32,000 nt of DNA from Candidatus Methylomirabilis oxygeniifera (GCA_000091165.1 FP565575.1:120001-152000), one strand, 5' to 3'. Shown: positions 1 through 9,300, counted from the first letter of the stretch. Numbers and translations: made by a program. Notes: a model not told the origin generated them from the letters alone.

Positions 1-582
1 CTCTACGAATTTACGCCGATCAAGGCCGTGGGTGACCAGATATCAGAGGTTGCGGTCATCAGTGAGAAGCGAGTGAAGATCTACGGGAGCGAGAGCAAGC
101 CGTCATGGGAAGCCAAAGATGATCTGGGCGACGTCGATCACCTCGCCTTTTCTCATATTCCCACGTACCGGGCTCTTCTGGCGAAGGAGGGGCTAAATTC
201 CGGGACCCCGATTACACCAGAAGAGCATGCAGTTGAGCAGATCCTGCCGCGGCGAGTCCTGGTGGAGGCGTCGCCTCAATGGGGCAATGCCACGACAGAG
301 CTTCTGACCTTTACGAATCCGAAAAAGATTGGGGCGCTTCGGACTGAGTCATCCTTCCCTCCGAGTCAGGTCGTGGCGTTTGACCGTCAGGAAGGAACCT
401 TCGCGCGAGGGTGGGAGACGATCCCCCTTGAAGGGAGGGTACGCGACGTAGCGTTGGTCGATCTGAACGGCGCCGGCAGGAAAGATCTCATTGTACTATC
501 GGCGATTAAAGAAAAGGGTCTGATCGCTTATATGCAGGATGGAACGCGTGGCATTATCAGTGTATTTTCCTTCATCCGCTAG
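1..582 (+). CDS. C-terminal part of an FG-GAP/VCBS-repeat-like protein, truncated by the window edge
   Basis: Open frame runs through the left edge (LYEFTPIKAVGDQ...); C-terminal 'VRDVALVDLNGAGRKDLIVLSA' resembles an FG-GAP/VCBS blade. Confidence 0.5.
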   Translation, partial: LYEFTPIKAVGDQISEVAVISEKRVKIYGSESKPSWEAKDDLGDVDHLAFSHIPTYRALLAKEGLNSGTPITPEEHAVEQILPRRVLVEASPQWGNATTELLTFTNPKKIGALRTESSFPPSQVVAFDRQEGTFARGWETIPLEGRVRDVALVDLNGAGRKDLIVLSAIKEKGLIAYMQDGTRGIISVFSFIR

Positions 583-803
583 GGTGTTGCATTGCAGGGC
601 GTTGATCGATCTACCCAGTTGGGGAAGAAACAAGCATAAGAAAGGAGGGGTGAAAGACGGAATTGTGTTATGCTCGAATCAGTGCGTGGATGACAATGCC
701 TGAGGGCCGGTGTACGTGCAGCAGCGGTAATAGAGTGTGATCGAGAAAAGTGCGAGACGATTTCCTGGGTAGCAACAAGACCGAATAAAGAGGGAGGCAT
801 TCA

Positions 804-2645
804 ATGAGTGTGAAACGTCGTATGTCACTGATCGGAGGTCTGCTGGTTTTGGCCGGCAGCCTTGCGATATCGGCGCCTATCGTCTCAGCTAATGATGATG
901 TGTTGAAGCTTCAAAAAGATGATGGCCAGTGGGTAGTCCAGAGCAAGAACTATTCAGGGACCCGCTACAGCACCCTGAACCAGATTACGCCCGAAAACGC
1001 AAAAAATCTCAAAGTCGCCTGGTCGTTCTCCTTGGGGACGCTAAACGGCCAGCAGGGCGGCCCGCTGGTTGTCGGCGACACAATGTATGCCCATAGCTCA
1101 TACGCTGGAGGCCCTACAGGTCACTCGCACAACATCTTTGCGCTCGACCTATCCAAGGAAGGAGCGCCGATCAAGTGGCGGTATAATGCGAAGTATGACC
1201 AAAAGGCACCTCCCGTCGCCTGCTGCGACTTAGTTCATAAGGGCCTACAGTATGCGAACGGCAAGATCCTGTACCAGACGCTTGATGGAATGGTGATCGC
1301 TCTTGATGCCAAGACCGGCAAGGAGCTCTGGAAGACTCGGAACGCCGACCCCTCCAAGGGTGAGACGAGCACTGCCGCCGGCCTGGTGATTAAAGATAAG
1401 TATATCGCCGGTGTCGCCGGGGGCGAGTTCGGGGTGCGCGGCTGGGTGGCGGCCTACGACATCAATACCGGCAAGCAGGTCTGGAAGGCCCGCAGCATGG
1501 GGCCCGATGAAGAGATCAAGCTTGCCCCTGATTTCAATGCCGCCAACCCGCATTACGGACGATTCGGCGAGGGGACCAAGAGTTGGCCCGGCGAGATGTG
1601 GAAACAGGGCGGCGGTACGACCTGGGGCTATTATGCGTACGATCCTGAGCTGAACCTGCTTTACTACGGTAGCGGCAACCCAGGGACCTGGAATCCCGCC
1701 CCTCGGAAAGGCGGCGATAACAAGTGGTCGATGACTATCTGGGCTCGCAATCCCGACACTGGGGTGGCCAAGTGGGCCTATCAGATGACCCCGTGGGATA
1801 ACTGGGACTACGATGGGATCGATGAATCCGTTTTGACCGAGCAGACATTCGGTGGCAAGAAGCGGAAGGTGCTCACGCACTTTGACCGCAATGGGTTCGT
1901 CTACACACTGGATCGAGCGGATGGAACCTTGCTGGCCGCTGATGCCTTCGTCTATGTCAACTGGGCGAAGGGGATCGACCTGAAGACGGGGCGGCCGATC
2001 TTGAATCCGGAGAAGCTCACCAAGCAGGGTGAAGACACCAAGAATATCTGCCCCTGCGCAATGGGTGGTAAGAACTATTTGCCGGTTGCATACTCCCCGC
2101 TGACGAACCTCTTCTACGCGTCCGTCAACAACATGTGTATGAGCTATGAAGGCGTTCAGGTTCAGTATACGGCGGGGGCTCCGTACGTGGGCGCCACCGT
2201 TCTGATGTATGAAGGCCACGAAGGTAAAGACGTCGGCTATTGGGGCGACTTCATTGCCTGGGATGTCGTCAAAGGAAAAAGGGCGTGGGCCATTAAAGAG
2301 AGTCAGCCCCCATGGAGCGGGCCCGTAGTGACTTCTACAAATGTGGTCTTCTACGGCACGATGGACGGCTGGTTCAAGGCGGTCGATGCGCGAGATGGAA
2401 AGCTCTTGTGGAAGCACAAGGTCGGTTCCGGGATTATCGGTAATCCGATCACCTACAAGGGGCCTGACGGCAAGCAGTATGTTGCCGTGTACTCCGGTGT
2501 CGGCGGGTGGTTTGGCGCTACTGTGTCGCTCGACTTGCCGCCGGACGATCCGACGGCTGCATTGGGCGGCGTGAATGCTGCCTACAAGTCCGGTTTGCCC
2601 ATGGCAACGACTAAGGGCGGGACACTTTACGTGTTTGGCCTGTAA
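804..2645 (+). CDS. xoxF: PQQ-dependent methanol dehydrogenase, XoxF (lanthanide-dependent) type
   Basis: 613 aa with signal peptide; quinoprotein motifs, vicinal Cys 'VACCD', 'NKWSMTIWARNPDTGVAKWAYQMTPWDNWDYDG' with the DYD pattern typical of Ln-dependent enzymes; RBS gggagg upstream. Confidence 0.95.
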   Translation: MSVKRRMSLIGGLLVLAGSLAISAPIVSANDDVLKLQKDDGQWVVQSKNYSGTRYSTLNQITPENAKNLKVAWSFSLGTLNGQQGGPLVVGDTMYAHSSYAGGPTGHSHNIFALDLSKEGAPIKWRYNAKYDQKAPPVACCDLVHKGLQYANGKILYQTLDGMVIALDAKTGKELWKTRNADPSKGETSTAAGLVIKDKYIAGVAGGEFGVRGWVAAYDINTGKQVWKARSMGPDEEIKLAPDFNAANPHYGRFGEGTKSWPGEMWKQGGGTTWGYYAYDPELNLLYYGSGNPGTWNPAPRKGGDNKWSMTIWARNPDTGVAKWAYQMTPWDNWDYDGIDESVLTEQTFGGKKRKVLTHFDRNGFVYTLDRADGTLLAADAFVYVNWAKGIDLKTGRPILNPEKLTKQGEDTKNICPCAMGGKNYLPVAYSPLTNLFYASVNNMCMSYEGVQVQYTAGAPYVGATVLMYEGHEGKDVGYWGDFIAWDVVKGKRAWAIKESQPPWSGPVVTSTNVVFYGTMDGWFKAVDARDGKLLWKHKVGSGIIGNPITYKGPDGKQYVAVYSGVGGWFGATVSLDLPPDDPTAALGGVNAAYKSGLPMATTKGGTLYVFGL

Positions 2646-2660
2646 GCGAGTATGTCTGAT

Positions 2661-2699
2661 ACCGGCGCCGAAGGATTGTATCTTCGGCGCCGGTTTTTT
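2661..2699 (+). terminator. Strong intrinsic terminator downstream of xoxF
   Basis: Perfect 13-bp stem ACCGGCGCCGAAG/CTTCGGCGCCGGT, 8-nt loop, then a T tract. Confidence 0.9.
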
Positions 2700-2834
2700 A
2701 TGCTATGCTACAACCAGTCAGCATGTAGCGATCAACACCGGGCGTGCGAGACTGAAGGCGGAGATAGACCAAAAGCTGAAGAGTCAAGGATCTAATCCTA
2801 AAAGCCTTCAGTATGAACCCCTGAGCAAGGAAGA

Positions 2835-3731
2835 ATGGGTATGAGTCGAAGACTTGCAGTTGTTGGTGGATTGGTTGTTGTGATGTTCCTGTTTCCCTTT
2901 GCCTGGCAGGCCTGGGGGGGGCATGTCAACCCGCTCCGTGTCTGTGGCGATCCGAACAACCTGCCGTTCTCCAACAAGCAATCAGAAGGATTTGAGAATA
3001 AGATCGCTGAAGTGATCGCGAAAGAGCTTGGGACGGAGCTGACTTACTTCTGGTGGCCGCATCAGCATGGGTTAGTTCGGAGAGCGTTGAAACCGGGACT
3101 CTGTGATGTCATGATCTCGATCCCTCAGGGTTGGGATCGGGTTCTCTGGACCAAGCCTTATTACCGCTCGGCGTATACCCTTGTGTACCCCAAGGATCGA
3201 GGATTTCAGATCAGATCGCTTGACGACCCGATCCTGAAGCGCCTCAAGATCGGGGTCTATATCAATTCCCCACCGGCAGAGGCGTTAGCGAATAGAGGTA
3301 TCACGACAAACGTTGTCGGCTATAGCCCCTATTATGATTCCTTGACCGAACGCCGGGATAAAATTCTCCAGGATTTGATTGCCGGTGAGATTGATGTCGT
3401 ACTGGATTGGGGACCAATGGTCGGCTATTTTGTGAAACGGGTGAATAGTGGATCACAACCTCTTGAGGTAGTCCTTCTTCAGGGTGGGGAGCCAGGGAGT
3501 CCCTTCACCTTCGAGTTCTCCATGGGAGTGAAGGAGGGTAATACGGCACTCAAAGCTGAGCTGGAACAGGCGATCAGTAAGCGGCGCGCCGAAATCGGAA
3601 AAATCCTGGAAGAGTATGGTGTGCCCATTCTGCCGCTGCTGGCGCGCGAGCAGTTTCCAAAAGTAGAAGAAAAGCCTGGAGTGATCTTCTACCGCAGTTT
3701 CGATCGAGAGGACCCCCTTCCCTCTTATTAA
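2835..3731 (+). CDS. xoxJ: Periplasmic solute-binding-family protein, XoxJ/MxaJ-like
   Basis: 298 aa with signal peptide; 'LRVCGDPNNLPFSNKQSEGFENKIAEVIAKELGTELTYFWWPH' typical of MxaJ/XoxJ; directly downstream of xoxF. Start may be 2841. Confidence 0.88.
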   Translation: MGMSRRLAVVGGLVVVMFLFPFAWQAWGGHVNPLRVCGDPNNLPFSNKQSEGFENKIAEVIAKELGTELTYFWWPHQHGLVRRALKPGLCDVMISIPQGWDRVLWTKPYYRSAYTLVYPKDRGFQIRSLDDPILKRLKIGVYINSPPAEALANRGITTNVVGYSPYYDSLTERRDKILQDLIAGEIDVVLDWGPMVGYFVKRVNSGSQPLEVVLLQGGEPGSPFTFEFSMGVKEGNTALKAELEQAISKRRAEIGKILEEYGVPILPLLAREQFPKVEEKPGVIFYRSFDREDPLPSY

Positions 3732-3776
3732 CGCAGAGCAAAAGGGGCAACCATCACCTAAGAAGAACGAGGACCA

Positions 3777-4277
3777 GTGACCATGCTACAGAAAAAGACA
3801 CTTCTCGTCGTTTCAGTTCTAGGCCTTGTGATGTTGGGATGTGTCCAGAGTCTCACGGCTCAGACCCAGCAAGCTCCGGCGAAGACAACAGAATACGCTC
3901 AAGCGCAATCTGGTGAACAACCGAAAGGACCGGAGACCCCCGCACCTGCCGATCAGCAGAAGCCCAAAAAGCTCAATCCCTTTACCGGGAACGCAGACGC
4001 GATCAAAGCGGGACGGCAATTGTATCTGGAGAAAGGCTGTCCAGGCTGCCATGGTTCGGGTGGTGGTGGGGCGATGGCCGGCGCCACGGCATTCATACGT
4101 GATACTTGGAAATTTGCTGGTGACGACGACACCTACTTCAAAGTGATCAAGGGGACCTATCCAGGACAGACCATGCCGGCGGTCTTCGGGGCTACCCTGA
4201 CAGATGAGGAGACATGGAAAATTATTGCCTGGATCCGGTCGATCTATAAAGGGGATCCGGAGAGGATCGTGTGGTAA
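3777..4277 (+). CDS. xoxG: Class I c-type cytochrome, probable XoxG electron acceptor
   Basis: 166 aa; signal/lipobox-like N-terminus, heme motif CPGCH, downstream Met ligand region 'GQTMPAVFG'; in the xox cluster. Confidence 0.82.
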   Translation: MTMLQKKTLLVVSVLGLVMLGCVQSLTAQTQQAPAKTTEYAQAQSGEQPKGPETPAPADQQKPKKLNPFTGNADAIKAGRQLYLEKGCPGCHGSGGGGAMAGATAFIRDTWKFAGDDDTYFKVIKGTYPGQTMPAVFGATLTDEETWKIIAWIRSIYKGDPERIVW

Positions 4278-4286
4278 GGCAAGTCG

Positions 4287-4715
4287 GTGATATTCTTTAG
4301 TCAGACGATCAGCCGCATCGCATGGGTCAGATGGACGGTTTTGCTGTTAGTGCTTATGTTTATCATTACGCCCCTTCTTGCCTTGCAGGCTGTTGCTCAG
4401 GATGACGATGTCGGTCTTCCAATTCATCCAAAGGCGATTCTTTCGACCATTACTCGTCAGTCCGGAGAAGGGGAAGGAACACGATGGGTCAAGGTCCACT
4501 TTACGGTCAACGCACCGTACAAGCAGGTCGTCAAATTCTATCAGGAGAAGGTGGGCAGGAATGCGCAAATCTCTGAGATCGATTCTGGAAAGCTTCTGAA
4601 TACCCTCATCCTATTCAGGAGGGACCTTACGGATCAGTTCAACGTCAATATCAGCAGTGAGCTTGGGAGGAAAGTTGCTAAGGTTGAACTGTCCAGGAAC
4701 TTTGCTCGTCCGTAG
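4287..4715 (+). CDS. Hypothetical exported protein of the xox cluster
   Basis: GTG start 10 nt after xoxG; N-terminal hydrophobic segment followed by 'APYKQVVKFYQEKVG'. Confidence 0.65.
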   Translation: MIFFSQTISRIAWVRWTVLLLVLMFIITPLLALQAVAQDDDVGLPIHPKAILSTITRQSGEGEGTRWVKVHFTVNAPYKQVVKFYQEKVGRNAQISEIDSGKLLNTLILFRRDLTDQFNVNISSELGRKVAKVELSRNFARP

Positions 4716-4819
4716 ATATGACGTATCATGATCTTTTGTTCGGCTGCCGTTATGTGGGTAGTATTCACCAACACTGCGTGATAGTTTGATTTTCTGGACA
4801 GGGAAGTCGTAAAAAGTTC

Positions 4820-4848
4820 TTGACATCGCGATGAGTTGACGCTATTGT
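4820..4848 (+). promoter_or_regulatory. Sigma-70-type promoter candidate for the cold-shock gene
   Basis: TTGACA (4820-4825), 17-nt spacer, TATTGT (4843-4848). Confidence 0.6.
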
Positions 4849-4891
4849 GCAATTGTCTTCGTAGCACGCTTTTGTTGTGAAATTCCGAGAA

Positions 4892-4930
4892 CCGCGAAAG
4901 CTGCTGGATAAGGCTTTCGCGGTTTTTGTT
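4892..4930 (+). terminator. Terminator-like hairpin inside the predicted csp 5' leader
   Basis: Perfect 10-bp stem CCGCGAAAGC/GCTTTCGCGG, 11-nt loop, then TTTTTGTTT. Confidence 0.7.
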
Positions 4931-4978
4931 TATCGAGGCGCAGCCTCGAGAGTTCAGATGGAAGGGGGTGAGAGTTTG

Positions 4979-5185
4979 ATGCGAGTTACAGGTACTGTGA
5001 AGTGGTTCAACGATGCAAAAGGTTACGGTTTTATCGCGCGAGAAGATGGCGACGACGTATTCGTACATTATTCTGCGATTTCCGGATCCGGCTTCCGGTC
5101 GCTCAATGAAGGGCAGGCTGTGGAGTTTGACGTCGTAGATGGGCCAAAGGGCAAGCAAGCTGCCAACGTGACCAGAGCAGCATAG
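4979..5185 (+). CDS. Cold-shock domain protein (CspA family)
   Basis: 68 aa '[34 protein letters not shown]' with RNP1 and RNP2; ATG at 4979 after a GGGGGTGAG Shine-Dalgarno-like stretch. Confidence 0.95.
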   Translation: MRVTGTVKWFNDAKGYGFIAREDGDDVFVHYSAISGSGFRSLNEGQAVEFDVVDGPKGKQAANVTRAA

Positions 5186-5214
5186 CCCCGTCTTAGGTCT
5201 GCTTTGAACCGTTG

Positions 5215-5252
5215 CGACCTCCCGGAGAACCCTCCGGGAGGTCGTTTTCTTT
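5215..5252 (+). terminator. Intrinsic terminator downstream of csp
   Basis: Perfect 13-bp stem CGACCTCCCGGAG/CTCCGGGAGGTCG, 4-nt loop, TTTTCTTT. Confidence 0.92.
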
Positions 5253-5284
5253 GTGGATGGGTTTCAGCACCGACCGTTTTCGGC

Positions 5285-5815
5285 CTAGCGCTTCATGACG
5301 GCTGTGTACGTCTGGCGAGTGGCGCGAATCAGTAGCCAGACGCAGAGGCTCAGTTTGAGCAGGTCGAGCGCGGTGTAGGCCAGGTGGAGTGTCCGGAAAC
5401 GTGCCGCCTGCTCTGACACCATGACTCGTGGAACGAAGTCCAGGCTTCGGCCAAGCGATACGATCGACTGACTGAGCAGCAGCGACACAATCACGATAGC
5501 CAAGATCGTTGCAGTGACAGCGATCATTGTGCGGTCCAGAGGCCTGAGCCCGATAGCGGCAATGACAACGGCCACGCCGAGCGCAAGTTGGGTGAGTCCC
5601 CAGGCGCTGAAATATAGCCGATTCAGCTCCGACACGAGATAGCGCAGGACAACGCGGGCCTCATCGTGCCCGATTGGTGTGAGAGCATGTGAGAACTTCG
5701 GCGTTGGCGCCGACAGCAGACGATCGACCGTGCGGAAATTCTGCGTTGCCACAAACGCCATCAGCACGGTGCCGACGATCCACCCACCCAGCGTCATAAT
5801 GAGTAACGCTCTCAT
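5285..5815 (-). CDS. Hypothetical integral membrane protein (DUF4149-like)
   Basis: 176 aa with about four hydrophobic segments. Confidence 0.6.
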   Translation of the reverse strand: MRALLIMTLGGWIVGTVLMAFVATQNFRTVDRLLSAPTPKFSHALTPIGHDEARVVLRYLVSELNRLYFSAWGLTQLALGVAVVIAAIGLRPLDRTMIAVTATILAIVIVSLLLSQSIVSLGRSLDFVPRVMVSEQAARFRTLHLAYTALDLLKLSLCVWLLIRATRQTYTAVMKR

Positions 5816-5873
5816 TGTCCTCCCATTGCTGATCTCAATCTTTTTATCTTAATACCCATCCTGTCCTGGTCCT

Positions 5874-6356
5874 CTATGCTTGAACAAGGTCAGGGGTAAG
5901 GACCCACAGCAGTCGGAAGCCTCTTTCGGTCTTGGCGAGACAGATCATTGTCCCCGTCTCCGGTCGAATGATCTCCGTCCCGCTATTGCCCAGCACTAGA
6001 GCTGAAACGAGGCGGCCCAGGTGTGGAAGATGGCCTACCAACATCAGCGGCTCTTCAGCGGCATCCAGCTCTGCGTGGACTCTCTCTGGATCTGCTCCTG
6101 GCGAGAGACCCTCCACCTCCCGAAGTCCGAGCTGTGGTAGCAGGTATTCGGCGAGAATCTCTGCGGTCTGCCGGGCTCGGAGCCTGTCCGAGTGACGAAT
6201 CTCAGCGACCTCAACTCCAATGGACGCCGCGTACCTGGCGACTCGCATGATTTCCTCGCGCCCGTGGTCGCTGAGCGGCTTCGCCGGGTCCTCACGCTCG
6301 GATTGTGATTCGCCATGTCGTACGAGATAGTGCAGGACGGGCTTCTCTACGGTCAT
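5874..6356 (-). CDS. SixA-like phosphohistidine phosphatase (histidine phosphatase superfamily)
   Basis: 'YLVRHGESQSEREDPAKPLSDHGREEIMRVA' and 'EPLMLVGHLPHLGRLVSALV'. Confidence 0.85.
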   Translation of the reverse strand: MTVEKPVLHYLVRHGESQSEREDPAKPLSDHGREEIMRVARYAASIGVEVAEIRHSDRLRARQTAEILAEYLLPQLGLREVEGLSPGADPERVHAELDAAEEPLMLVGHLPHLGRLVSALVLGNSGTEIIRPETGTMICLAKTERGFRLLWVLTPDLVQA

Positions 6357-6358
6357 TT

Positions 6359-6892
6359 TTACCCCCGGCGATAGGTGCCCATCAGCTCAGTCTGCGCCAG
6401 GATGTGACCCTGCATCGCCTTCTCCAGATCCTTCTTCGTCGTACTAGACGGCAGATCCAGCGTAGTATCGAGCGCGTATAACTTAAAGTAATACCGGTGA
6501 GTGCCGGATGGCGGGCAGGGACCGCCATACCCGACCCGGTGGAAGTCGGTCGTACCCTGCTTGGCCCCATTCGCAAGTGAAGCCGTCTTGGCAAGATTCT
6601 CTTCGAGAGTACGGGCGCTCACGGGGATGTTCCAGAGCACCCAGTGGACCCATGTTCCCATCGGTGCATCCGGATCGTCAGAGATGAGGGCGAAGCTCAT
6701 GGTGGTGGCTGGAGGGTCAGACCAGCTCAGCGGCGGAGAGATGTCTTGTCCATCACACGTGTACTTGGCCGGAATCATCTTATCAGCCTGAAACGCCTGA
6801 CTCTTCAGTTCCATACTCGTCCCCCCTGCGCCGATCAGCAGCGCCGCGAATCCCGCCACCACCAACCTCGCAAGTACATTCAAGAAAACCAT
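6359..6892 (-). CDS. YbhB/YbcL-family Raf kinase inhibitor-like (PEBP) protein with signal peptide
   Basis: 'IPAKYTCDGQDISPPLSW', 'SFALISDDPDAPMGTWVHWVLWNIP', 'YGGPCPPSGTHRYYFKLYALD'. Confidence 0.92.
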   Translation of the reverse strand: MVFLNVLARLVVAGFAALLIGAGGTSMELKSQAFQADKMIPAKYTCDGQDISPPLSWSDPPATTMSFALISDDPDAPMGTWVHWVLWNIPVSARTLEENLAKTASLANGAKQGTTDFHRVGYGGPCPPSGTHRYYFKLYALDTTLDLPSSTTKKDLEKAMQGHILAQTELMGTYRRG

Positions 6893-7118
6893 ACAACGTT
6901 CGTCCTGGCCAGCCTTACTTCTTTTAAGCCCACTGAGATCTACATGTGACTGTAAGGAATAGTCGACTACTGCAATAAATCAAAACATCATTGCACTACA
7001 CTTCTGCTATTTGCAATAACAATTTCCCATTTTATGCCTGCGTGACGAGTTGCACAGGCAGGTCTGGGCAGTATTATTGAGCCTTGCATAAGTAATGGCA
7101 CATAAACTACATACCTAT

Positions 7119-7180
7119 CCGTTCGGCCTGAGCTTGTCGAAGGCTGATCCGCCATGGTTCGACAGGCTCACCATGAACGG
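7119..7180. repeat. Imperfect palindromic intergenic element
   Basis: CCGTTCGGCCTGAGCTTGTCGAA (7119-7141) opposes TTCGACAGGCTCACCATGAACGG (7158-7180), 18 of 23 positions complementary. Confidence 0.7.
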
Positions 7181-7342
7181 AACGAAGACATTCGCTGCCT
7201 ACATACTTAGGCAAGGCTCAATAGGCGGAAGCGGACGTCAATACGTTGTACAAGCCTGGTCTCCTGAGCTCGTTTCGGTGGCGAGCATAGGGTTTCAGAT
7301 GGTGGGATGGTGAGCCTGACCAATCGTCCGATAGCGGGGCCT

Positions 7343-8584
7343 TCACGTATTCTCCATCGACTGCCGGTACCAGGATTGGTCGTACCCCTTCAACTCCACC
7401 TTCTCCGTATCCTTCAGGATATCGAAGGGCGACCTGGATTCCACCATCACAGCGATCTCGTCTCGGAATGGCAGGTCCTTCGGACGAGAAGCCTCCTCCC
7501 GAGCAATATCGGCCAGGAGCCTCAGATCCGGACCGTGGGCCAGACCGGCCGGGTGAAATGTCATGAATCCGTCCGTGATCTCGGGCCGCACGCCGTACGC
7601 CTTGTGGTTGAAGAGGGCCTCATCGACCCAATTGAGATGGTGATACGGCAGGCTGTGGATCCACCGGGGGAGGAAAACCTGCATCGCCATCCCTTCATCC
7701 TCGCTCACGAAGACCGTAAGCTTCTTCGGATCGAGGTGAACGTGTGGCGAGGACAGCGCCACCAGATCGTCGAGGCGCAGGATGAACGGCCACACCTCTC
7801 CCTCCCACGCCACGGCATCAAAGACCGGCGCTGCGTATGTGAGCAACGTGAGGCTGCCCCGCCGTCTTTTGACGACAACCTGTGTGGCCTCATCGTTGCC
7901 GAGCGGCGGATGGAGGGCGGCAAGAGGCGTCGGTTCCGGTGGAATCGGCGCGGCCGGCGAAAAGGGCCAGGGCTGCTGATCCCCCATCCAGTAGTCATAG
8001 GGGCGACACAGCCGTTTCGGAATTTCATAGAGGAGGATGGACACCCTTCCGGTCAAGAGAAACGAATAGGTGGTGCCTCGCGGGAGGAACACGAAATCGC
8101 CCTCCCGAATCTCCTCGATCAGCCCGAAATCGGTAATGAGCCTCAAGGGGTGTTCGGCCAGATGCACAAAATAGAGCTCATGGCAGTCCGCATGACGAGC
8201 GGCCGGTTGCCACTTCCCGGCTTCTCCGAAATCCCCATTACAGACCCGAATGGTGACATCGCTGCTCGAGAGGACAGGGACGAAGGAGCCGAACGTGGCC
8301 ATCTCTGCGACGTGGAAGGCTCGCCTCTGGAGAGGACGATCCTCCCCCATTGGCCGTTCGACGTGCGCTTTGAATAAGGGGTGGTCAGCGGGAATCGTCG
8401 CGCTTTCGACGACGGCGGTTGGAGGGCGTTCCATCAGGAGTTCCGTACCGAACTCAAGCTTGTAGCTCGAAAGGTCTCTCGGAGGGCGGCCGCTCCCGTG
8501 CCAGTCTGCAAGAGCCGTCTGGTAGTCAGACCGGATCCGTCGCTCGGTCCGTGTCAGGTTCATAAGCTTTGGAACGTACTCCAT
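7343..8584 (-). CDS. Homogentisate 1,2-dioxygenase-like cupin protein
   Basis: 413 aa; 'RHADCHELYFVH...EGDFVFLPRGTTYSF' and C-terminal 'PYHHLNWVDEALFNHKAYGVRPEITDGFMTFHPAGLAHGPD'. Confidence 0.75.
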   Translation of the reverse strand: MEYVPKLMNLTRTERRIRSDYQTALADWHGSGRPPRDLSSYKLEFGTELLMERPPTAVVESATIPADHPLFKAHVERPMGEDRPLQRRAFHVAEMATFGSFVPVLSSSDVTIRVCNGDFGEAGKWQPAARHADCHELYFVHLAEHPLRLITDFGLIEEIREGDFVFLPRGTTYSFLLTGRVSILLYEIPKRLCRPYDYWMGDQQPWPFSPAAPIPPEPTPLAALHPPLGNDEATQVVVKRRRGSLTLLTYAAPVFDAVAWEGEVWPFILRLDDLVALSSPHVHLDPKKLTVFVSEDEGMAMQVFLPRWIHSLPYHHLNWVDEALFNHKAYGVRPEITDGFMTFHPAGLAHGPDLRLLADIAREEASRPKDLPFRDEIAVMVESRSPFDILKDTEKVELKGYDQSWYRQSMENT

Positions 8585-8612
8585 CGTCGTCTATCCTCTC
8601 CGCACACGCATC

Positions 8613-9296
8613 TCATTCTGTGAACGGGTCCCAGTCCGGCGGAATGGCGTCGAAGTCGAGGATCCAGATCGATTTGCCGGCCTCCTGGAGTTCCTCCAGG
8701 CACCGATACAGCGCCTGGACTGTGGCATGGTGGAAATGAGTAGGATCGCGTTCAAACAGGTCGAGGCGTTGATTGAGCTCGAGGAAGGGGCCGGCCGCCG
8801 GGTTCGGCGAGCGGAAGAGCGAGCCTGTGAACATCTGCAGGAGCCGGCTCCGATCATCATACAGGATGGGCGTGGTATAACGGACCCCCAACCGCTCCGT
8901 AATCCGACGATACGCTTCGATCGATCCTCCCTCGATACGGAGTGCGATGTGCTGGATCCCTTCCCCACAGCACTTGATGATGTGTGAGACCTGCGACTCG
9001 CCCCCCCGGTCGATGCCCTCCACCGGGGCGATATAGCCGGCTCCCGGCATCTCACCGAGCTGGATAGCGACCGTCTTCATGCTGGAAGGGGCTGCTGGAT
9101 CATTGACATCGTGGCTCTTGTAGGTCACCTGACCTCCCTGGAGTGCGCGCATGAACAGATAGGCGGTCTCCCGGAGGCTCTGTGTCGCGAGCGCCGCATG
9201 ATCGAGCTTCAACGTGAATGCGCCCCACAGTTCTGCCAGGAGGAGATCCCGTTCCGCCTCGCTCAAGCCGCCTGGCCCGCGCTGCGCTTTATCCAT
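8613..9296 (-). CDS. VOC-superfamily protein related to 4-hydroxyphenylpyruvate dioxygenase
   Basis: 227 aa; 'KLDHAALATQSL', 'GEGIQHIALRI', 'LLQMFTGSLFRSPNPAAGPFLELNQRLD'; shorter than typical HPPD. Confidence 0.65.
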   Translation of the reverse strand: MDKAQRGPGGLSEAERDLLLAELWGAFTLKLDHAALATQSLRETAYLFMRALQGGQVTYKSHDVNDPAAPSSMKTVAIQLGEMPGAGYIAPVEGIDRGGESQVSHIIKCCGEGIQHIALRIEGGSIEAYRRITERLGVRYTTPILYDDRSRLLQMFTGSLFRSPNPAAGPFLELNQRLDLFERDPTHFHHATVQALYRCLEELQEAGKSIWILDFDAIPPDWDPFTE

Positions 9297-9300
9297 TCGT

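Noticed and set aside
1245-2417. 390-aa minus-strand ORF inside xoxF
   Set aside because: Antisense shadow of a well-recognised gene.
7307-8377. 356-aa plus-strand ORF opposite the homogentisate-dioxygenase-like gene
   Set aside because: Shadow ORF of a GC-rich gene; its translation has no family-like motifs while the minus-strand frame has clear ones.
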